From an uncultured Trueperaceae bacterium (GTDB lineage Bacteria > Deinococcota > Deinococci > Deinococcales > Trueperaceae), in contig CAWFFU010000007.1 in assembly GCA_963815215.1 (NCBI GenBank), forward strand, positions 1 to 30,799: 30,799 nucleotides of DNA, written 5' to 3'. Positions 25,922 to 30,799 of the stretch are shown here, piece by piece. A program made the translations under genes and the position numbers. A model generated the notes under the pieces. It was given only the letters and a program-made list of their open reading frames with translations, searched no databases and was not told the DNA's origin. The stretch's first letter is position 1, and the number at the start of each line of letters is the position of its first letter.

Positions 25922-27970
25922 ATGCTAGGAGCCGCTGCCGCTCGTGAGGTGCGCCGTTGGATCGGGCGTCTGCCCGCAACCCGACTCGGCCAGGTCGTCA
26001 AGGTATCGCTCGATATCGGAGTCATCGTGGCGGCACCCGCCCTCGCGATCCTTCTCAGGCTCGATGCGACGCCCTCGGCCACCGTCTGGTTGACGGTCGC
26101 CTGGGCCACCGTGCTCATGGTGCCCATCAAGCTGCTCACCTACGCCATCGTGCAGCCGTACGCCCAGTCGTGGCGCGCGGTGACCTTCCGTGATTACGGC
26201 AACCTGGCCTCGATGGCGGCGGCGTATGCCGTGCCGGCCACCATCGGCATGCTCTTCCTGGGGCCGGTGCTGGGTGTTCCGCGTACGATGCCGCTCCTCG
26301 ACGCGCTGCTGACCGTGTCGGCCATGGCCGGGATGCGGGCCTGGGCGCGCTTCGAACACGAGCGTCGGGGCCGGATGTCGGTCGAGCCGGGCAACCGGTC
26401 GCGCGTGCTGGTGGTGGGGGCCGGCGAGGCCGGGGCGCTGGTGGCGCGGGAGCTGCTGCGTCACCCGGAGACCGGCATGGAACCGGTGGGCTTCATCGAC
26501 GACGACGCGGCGAAGCTCGGCATGCGCGTGGCCAGCGTGCCCGTACTCGGGACGCTGATCGACGTGCGCCGGGTGATCCGCGAGCGGAAGATCAACGAGG
26601 TGCTCATCGCCATCCCGTCCGAGGGCGGGCGCACCGCGCGGCGCGTCATCGACCTGATCGAGGACGCCGCCCCCGGCCTGAAGTACAAGATCATCCCCGC
26701 CATGCACGAGGTGCTCTCGGGCAAGGTCGACGTGCGGCGCATCCGTAACGTCGACGTCGGCGACCTGCTCGGGCGGGCGCCGGTACGGCTCGACACCGAG
26801 GCCATCCTCGGCTACCTGAAGGGCAAGCGCGTCATGATCACCGGCGCGGGAGGGTCGATCGGCTCCGAACTGGTACGCCAGATCTGCGCGTTCATGCCGG
26901 CCGAGCTCATCCTGTTCGGGCACGGCGAGAACAGCATCTATGCCCTCGAGCGCGAGCTCGATCGCAACTGGCCCGACATCCGCTATCGCGGCGTCATCGG
27001 GGCGATCCAGAACGGCGACCGGCTGGACTACGTGTTCTCCACCTACAAGCCGGACGTGGTCTTCCACGCCGCGGCCCACAAGCACGTCCCGCTCATGGAG
27101 CAGAACCCCGAGGAAGCGATCTTCAACAACGTCATCGGCAGCCGCAACCTCATCTCGATGGCGCTGAAGTACGGCGTGTCGCACTTCGTCAACATCTCCA
27201 CCGACAAGGCCGTCAACCCTTCGTCGGTGATGGGCGCATCGAAGCGCATGGTGGAGTACCTGGTGCAGGACGCGGCCCAGCGCGCGGCGCCCGATCAGGT
27301 GTTCGTGTCGGTGCGCTTCGGCAACGTGCTGGGCAGCCGCGGATCGGTCATCCCCATCTTCACCAGCCAGATCGCGGCGGGCGGTCCCGTGACCGTGACC
27401 CACCCCGACATGGTGCGCTACTTCATGACCATCCCCGAGGCCACGCAGCTCGTGCTGCAGGCGTCCGGGCGCGGGCAAAACGGCCACATCTACATCCTCG
27501 ACATGGGCGAGCCCGTGCGCATCGTCGATCTGGCGCGCGACCTGATCCGCCTCAGCGGCTTCGAGCCGGGCCTGGACATCGACATCGAGTACACCGGCAT
27601 GCGTCCGGGCGAGAAGCTGAGCGAGATGCTCATGACCGACAAGGAACGGACCGCCGGCACGTCGCATGAGAAGATCTTCGTGGCGAACGTGGAGCCGGCG
27701 CCGCACGAGCAGCTGATGGCGATCGTCGGCGAGCTGCAGCGCGAGGCCAAGGTCTCCGACCACGCGGCGATCCGCGAGACCCTCCAGCACTTCCTCGAGG
27801 GGTGCCGGCTGACGCCGACCGACGACGCGGTGTCGCGGGACGCGCTGTCGCCGGACGCGGTGTCGCGGGACGCGGTGTCGCCGGACGCGGTGTCGCCGGA
27901 CGCCGAGCCGAAACGGTTCATCGGTCGTTCGCGAGAGGCGACGCAGGCGCAAGTCGAGACGGGCGTCTGA
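25922..27970 (+). CDS. Membrane-anchored UDP-GlcNAc 4,6-dehydratase (CapD/PglF/WbpM family)
   Basis: Four N-terminal TM helices, VVGAGEAG, ITGAGGSIGSELVRQI, VFHAAAHKHVPLME, ISTDKAVNPSSVMGASKR, VRFGNVLGSRGSVIP, RPGEKL. Confidence 0.95.
   Translation: MLGAAAAREVRRWIGRLPATRLGQVVKVSLDIGVIVAAPALAILLRLDATPSATVWLTVAWATVLMVPIKLLTYAIVQPYAQSWRAVTFRDYGNLASMAAAYAVPATIGMLFLGPVLGVPRTMPLLDALLTVSAMAGMRAWARFEHERRGRMSVEPGNRSRVLVVGAGEAGALVARELLRHPETGMEPVGFIDDDAAKLGMRVASVPVLGTLIDVRRVIRERKINEVLIAIPSEGGRTARRVIDLIEDAAPGLKYKIIPAMHEVLSGKVDVRRIRNVDVGDLLGRAPVRLDTEAILGYLKGKRVMITGAGGSIGSELVRQICAFMPAELILFGHGENSIYALERELDRNWPDIRYRGVIGAIQNGDRLDYVFSTYKPDVVFHAAAHKHVPLMEQNPEEAIFNNVIGSRNLISMALKYGVSHFVNISTDKAVNPSSVMGASKRMVEYLVQDAAQRAAPDQVFVSVRFGNVLGSRGSVIPIFTSQIAAGGPVTVTHPDMVRYFMTIPEATQLVLQASGRGQNGHIYILDMGEPVRIVDLARDLIRLSGFEPGLDIDIEYTGMRPGEKLSEMLMTDKERTAGTSHEKIFVANVEPAPHEQLMAIVGELQREAKVSDHAAIRETLQHFLEGCRLTPTDDAVSRDALSPDAVSRDAVSPDAVSPDAEPKRFIGRSREATQAQVETGV
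27824..27910 (+). repeat. 5+ x 15-bp coding repeat (DAVSR/DALSP/DAVSP) in the dehydratase C-terminal tail
   Basis: GACGCG(G/C)TGTCGC(G/C)G units at 27824, 27839, 27854, 27869 and 27884, plus a partial unit. Confidence 0.9.
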
Positions 27971-28010
27971 GCCGTTCCGTCGGGCCCGAGGCCCTCATGT
28001 CATGGACACA

Positions 28011-28044
28011 AGCCCCGCCGTCGTTCGCGACGGCGGGGCTGTTT
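28011..28044. terminator. Probable bidirectional intrinsic terminator between convergent genes
   Basis: AGCCCCGCCGTCG-TTCG-CGACGGCGGGGCT is a 13-bp perfect stem, followed by GTTT on + and TGTGT on -. Confidence 0.75.
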
Positions 28045-28079
28045 GGTGCGGCGGGCGGTGCGGTGGCGTTGTCGCGGTG

Positions 28080-28970
28080 CTACGCCGCTGCGACCTGGTC
28101 TGCGCCCGACGCTGTGTCGGGAGCTGCGTCCGTCGCCGCGGGCGGGGATAGGTCGAGGAGGGTGAGCTCCGCCGGGCACGCCACCCGCAGCGGCAACAGG
28201 GTCACCCCGAGCCCGCGCGTGACGTAGCCGCGGGCCGGCGCCTCCACCCAGCCGTGGGCGAAGCGGCGGCCGTAGTACGAGGACGTGACGATCGGGCCGA
28301 TGCCGGGGATGCACACCTGGCCGCCGTGCGTGTGCCCGGACAGGGTGAGGCCGACGTCGATCGGCACCGTCGGGAGTACGTCGGGATTGTGCGACAGCAG
28401 GACGGTGGCGACCCCCGGCGGTCTGTCTGCCAGGGCGGCCTCGAGGTCGGGTCGGCCGGTCCGGAAGTCGTCGATGCCCGTCAGGAAGAGGTCGTCGCGC
28501 ACGCGCACGCCGCGGTTCACCAGCACCTCGACGCCGGCGCCGAGGAGCAGCGTCGCGAACCGCCCCAGGTCGCTGACGCGGCGGTGGTCGTGGTTGCCCC
28601 AGACCGCGTAGGCGCCGAGCGGCGCCTCCAGCCTGCCGAGCTCGCCCAGCAGGGCGGGGGTGCCGCGACCCACGTCCTCATCGACGAGGTCGCCGTCCAG
28701 CACGATCAGATCGGGCTGCTCACGGGCGACGGCATCTACCCACGCCGCCACCGATCCCGCACGGATGAAGGGCCCGTAGTGGAGGTCGGCCATGAGCGCC
28801 ACGCGCAGCGGCCGGCGCAACCCCTTCAGGGTCGCGGCGTAGCGGGTCACGTCGAAACGGTAGGCCGCACCCACCGAGGCGCCTGCGGCCACCGCTCCCA
28901 ACGCGCCCAGGATCCAGAGCAGCGCTCCCCTACGCGTGACCGTCGCCCTCTCGAGGCGGCTTCCGCTCAC
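28080..28970 (-). CDS. Calcineurin-like metallophosphoesterase (YkuE/YaeI type)
   Basis: ADLHYG, GDLVD, GNHD, LSHNPD and SGHTHGGQ motifs; N-terminal TRRGALL plus a hydrophobic stretch. Confidence 0.93.
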   Translation of the reverse strand: MSGSRLERATVTRRGALLWILGALGAVAAGASVGAAYRFDVTRYAATLKGLRRPLRVALMADLHYGPFIRAGSVAAWVDAVAREQPDLIVLDGDLVDEDVGRGTPALLGELGRLEAPLGAYAVWGNHDHRRVSDLGRFATLLLGAGVEVLVNRGVRVRDDLFLTGIDDFRTGRPDLEAALADRPPGVATVLLSHNPDVLPTVPIDVGLTLSGHTHGGQVCIPGIGPIVTSSYYGRRFAHGWVEAPARGYVTRGLGVTLLPLRVACPAELTLLDLSPPAATDAAPDTASGADQVAAA

Positions 28971-29006
28971 GGCCTGGCCACCACCCCCGGAGGGGTCGCC
29001 GTTCGA

Positions 29007-30623
29007 TCAACGGCGCTGGCCGACACGTGTACGCTTGGGCTTCTCGGCCTGGGCCCGGGCCTGGGTGCGGTAGGGGTCCGTCGTCTGGCTGTCGAGGCCG
29101 ATCCGATCGTACGGGGTCCGCGCGCCCCCGACGGCCCGCCGTCTAGGCACGCCCGTGAACACCGATCCGAGCAGCTGACCGTGGTTCCCGCCGAGCATGG
29201 TGACCGCCGTCGCCAGTTGTTCGCGGGTGGTCTGGTGCTCGTTGACGCACAGCACCAGGCCCGTGCACTGCGGGGCGATGGCGACCGTGTCGGCGAACGG
29301 CAGCACGGGAGGCGCGTCGACCACCACCACGTCGTAGCTCGACCGCCACGCCTCGAGCCAGGCGGCGAAGGCGCCGCTGAGCAGCTCGGCCGGATAGGTG
29401 GCGGGGGCGAAGCTGGGGATGAAATCGAAGCTGCGCTTGCCGCCGATGTCGATGGTGGCCGGGGGCAGGGAGCGCCCCGGGTTCTCGAGGTGCAGCTCGA
29501 GCGAGGGGCTCGCCTTCTCGTCGATCTCCAGGGCACGCGTGGCGCCGGGTCCGCGCAGATCCGCATCGACGAACAGGGTGGCGTAGCCCGTACGCGCGAA
29601 GCTCTCGGCCAGGCTGAGGGCCACCCCCTCCTTCTCGGCCGGCGTGTGCGGGCTGGTCACGGCCACCACCAGTGGGAGCTCGCGGCCGGCCACGGAGAAC
29701 ACGTTCGTCCGCAGGAAGTTGGCGGCCTCCCTGGACAGGCGACGGTCACGGCGGCGCGGGCGCGGGAACTCGGCGAGCAGCGGCCCGCCCCCGAGCCCGA
29801 TCAGGTCGCCGCGCCCGCGTACGCGGCGGTCCAGCGTCCAGCGCAGGAACAGCAGCAGGTAGGCGCCGAACAGGCCCGTTACCGCGGCGACGAACGTCTT
29901 CAGCACGACCCGCGGCCCGACTGAGAGCTGGGGGGTCGTGGCCATGGCCAGCGGTTCGAGCAGGCCGACGAACACGGCCGAGTCGGCGCTGGAGCGGGCC
30001 GTCTGCAGCTCTTTGGTGCGCTGCTGAAGCAGTGCGCCCAGCGAAGCCCGCGTGTTGGCCGTGGTGTTGGGGTCCTGGAGCTGCCGGTTGAGGTCACCGA
30101 TCGACTGCTGGATGGCGGCGATGGCGCGCTCGAGGTTGCCTCGCGCCCGGTTCCGGTCCCAGCTCACCACCGCCAGCGCCAGCGCATTCGCGGCGTTGGC
30201 GGCGAAGGCGGGGTCGCTCGCCTCGATCTGGATGTTGACGATGCTGGACAGGACCTTCTTGTCCACGATCACGGTCATGTGTCGCTTGAAGGCGCGCACC
30301 CGCGACGGGCTCGGCGTCTTCCCCTCGAGCTCGGTGAGGGTCTGCGCTACCACCGGGCCGTCCTGAAGCACCGACTGGTAGACTCCCGGGTCCACCGGCG
30401 GCGGCGCAACGACGGAGTCGCCAGCGTAGGTGGTGCCCGGCTGGGACGCCAGCAGCGAGGCGGTCGCCCGGTAGATGGGGCTCTGCCGCCGCGTCAACAG
30501 GAACGCCGTGGCGCCGGCGAGCAGGGCGATCACCAGCGCGAACGCAGCACCCCGCCACACGAACCGCATGAACTCCTGAAAGTCCATCGCCTTGGCCGTG
30601 GTGCGGTCGGAGGGTTGGGTCAT
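29007..30623 (-). CDS. Wzc-like polysaccharide co-polymerase / BY-kinase-like protein, paralog 3
   Basis: VTSPHTPAEKEG (degenerate Walker A), LFVDADLRGP, YDVVVVDAPP; tail TPYD...DPYRT. Clearly homologous to paralog 2 (LLASQ, VDPxVY, EAANFxR, DFxPSF). Confidence 0.88.
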   Translation of the reverse strand: MTQPSDRTTAKAMDFQEFMRFVWRGAAFALVIALLAGATAFLLTRRQSPIYRATASLLASQPGTTYAGDSVVAPPPVDPGVYQSVLQDGPVVAQTLTELEGKTPSPSRVRAFKRHMTVIVDKKVLSSIVNIQIEASDPAFAANAANALALAVVSWDRNRARGNLERAIAAIQQSIGDLNRQLQDPNTTANTRASLGALLQQRTKELQTARSSADSAVFVGLLEPLAMATTPQLSVGPRVVLKTFVAAVTGLFGAYLLLFLRWTLDRRVRGRGDLIGLGGGPLLAEFPRPRRRDRRLSREAANFLRTNVFSVAGRELPLVVAVTSPHTPAEKEGVALSLAESFARTGYATLFVDADLRGPGATRALEIDEKASPSLELHLENPGRSLPPATIDIGGKRSFDFIPSFAPATYPAELLSGAFAAWLEAWRSSYDVVVVDAPPVLPFADTVAIAPQCTGLVLCVNEHQTTREQLATAVTMLGGNHGQLLGSVFTGVPRRRAVGGARTPYDRIGLDSQTTDPYRTQARAQAEKPKRTRVGQRR

Positions 30624-30652
30624 CGGCGCTCGTCCTCGAGTCGCATCGGGAA

Positions 30653-30661
30653 AGTGTAACA
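30653..30661 (-). promoter_or_regulatory. Putative extended -10 promoter TGTTACACT for Wzc-like paralog 3
   Basis: Reverse complement of AGTGTAACA, 29 nt before ATG 30623. The 14-bp palindrome CCCCCGATCGGGGG at 30664-30677 is adjacent. Confidence 0.6.
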
Positions 30662-30695
30662 GCCCCCCGATCGGGGGTCGGTGACGGAGCCCCGT

Positions 30696-30799
30696 CTAGG
30701 GGCGGCCCGCGGGCCGGGGCTCGAGCATGGCGGCCAGGCCGTCCTTCAGCGGCGTGGAGGGGGCGCTCAGCCCGCGCGCCTCGCACAGGCGGCGTAGCC
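30696..30799 (-). CDS. Partial CDS (3' end only), possibly an NAD-dependent epimerase/dehydratase
   Basis: The minus strand reads LRRLCEARGLSAPSTPLKDGLAAMLEPRPAGRP*. The P..PL.DGL..ML pattern resembles extended-SDR C-termini. Truncated by the window edge. Confidence 0.4.
   Translation of the reverse strand, partial: LRRLCEARGLSAPSTPLKDGLAAMLEPRPAGRP

Overview
High-GC (visually about 70%) bacterial window almost entirely filled by a Wzx/Wzy-type surface or exo-polysaccharide locus. A Deinococcota or actinobacterial-like origin is only an inference. From left to right: (i) a tiny HTH-like ORF; (ii) two tandem Wzc-like co-polymerases, a DegT-family aminotransferase and a small initiating phosphoglycosyl transferase resembling the WcfR/WcfS pair; (iii) a convergent, translationally coupled operon wzx-GT2-wzy-4xGT4; (iv) two lipoproteins, a PL9-like beta-helix lyase and an Ig/CSLREA/GGGIYN-repeat surface protein; (v) a five-gene module AsnB / adenylating enzyme / acyl carrier protein / NadE-like / GNAT-like; (vi) a CapD/PglF-type dehydratase; (vii) on the minus strand, a metallophosphoesterase, a third Wzc-like paralog and the tail of a probable epimerase/dehydratase. 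The most interesting signals are the carrier-protein-dependent amidation/acylation module inside the locus, the three Wzc paralogs with a remodelled Walker A and each with its own TGnTACACT promoter, a likely 4-amino-sugar (AATGal-type) initiated polymer, and an 11-bp tandem array at the GT2/wzy junction. All calls come from motif recognition; no database searches were run.
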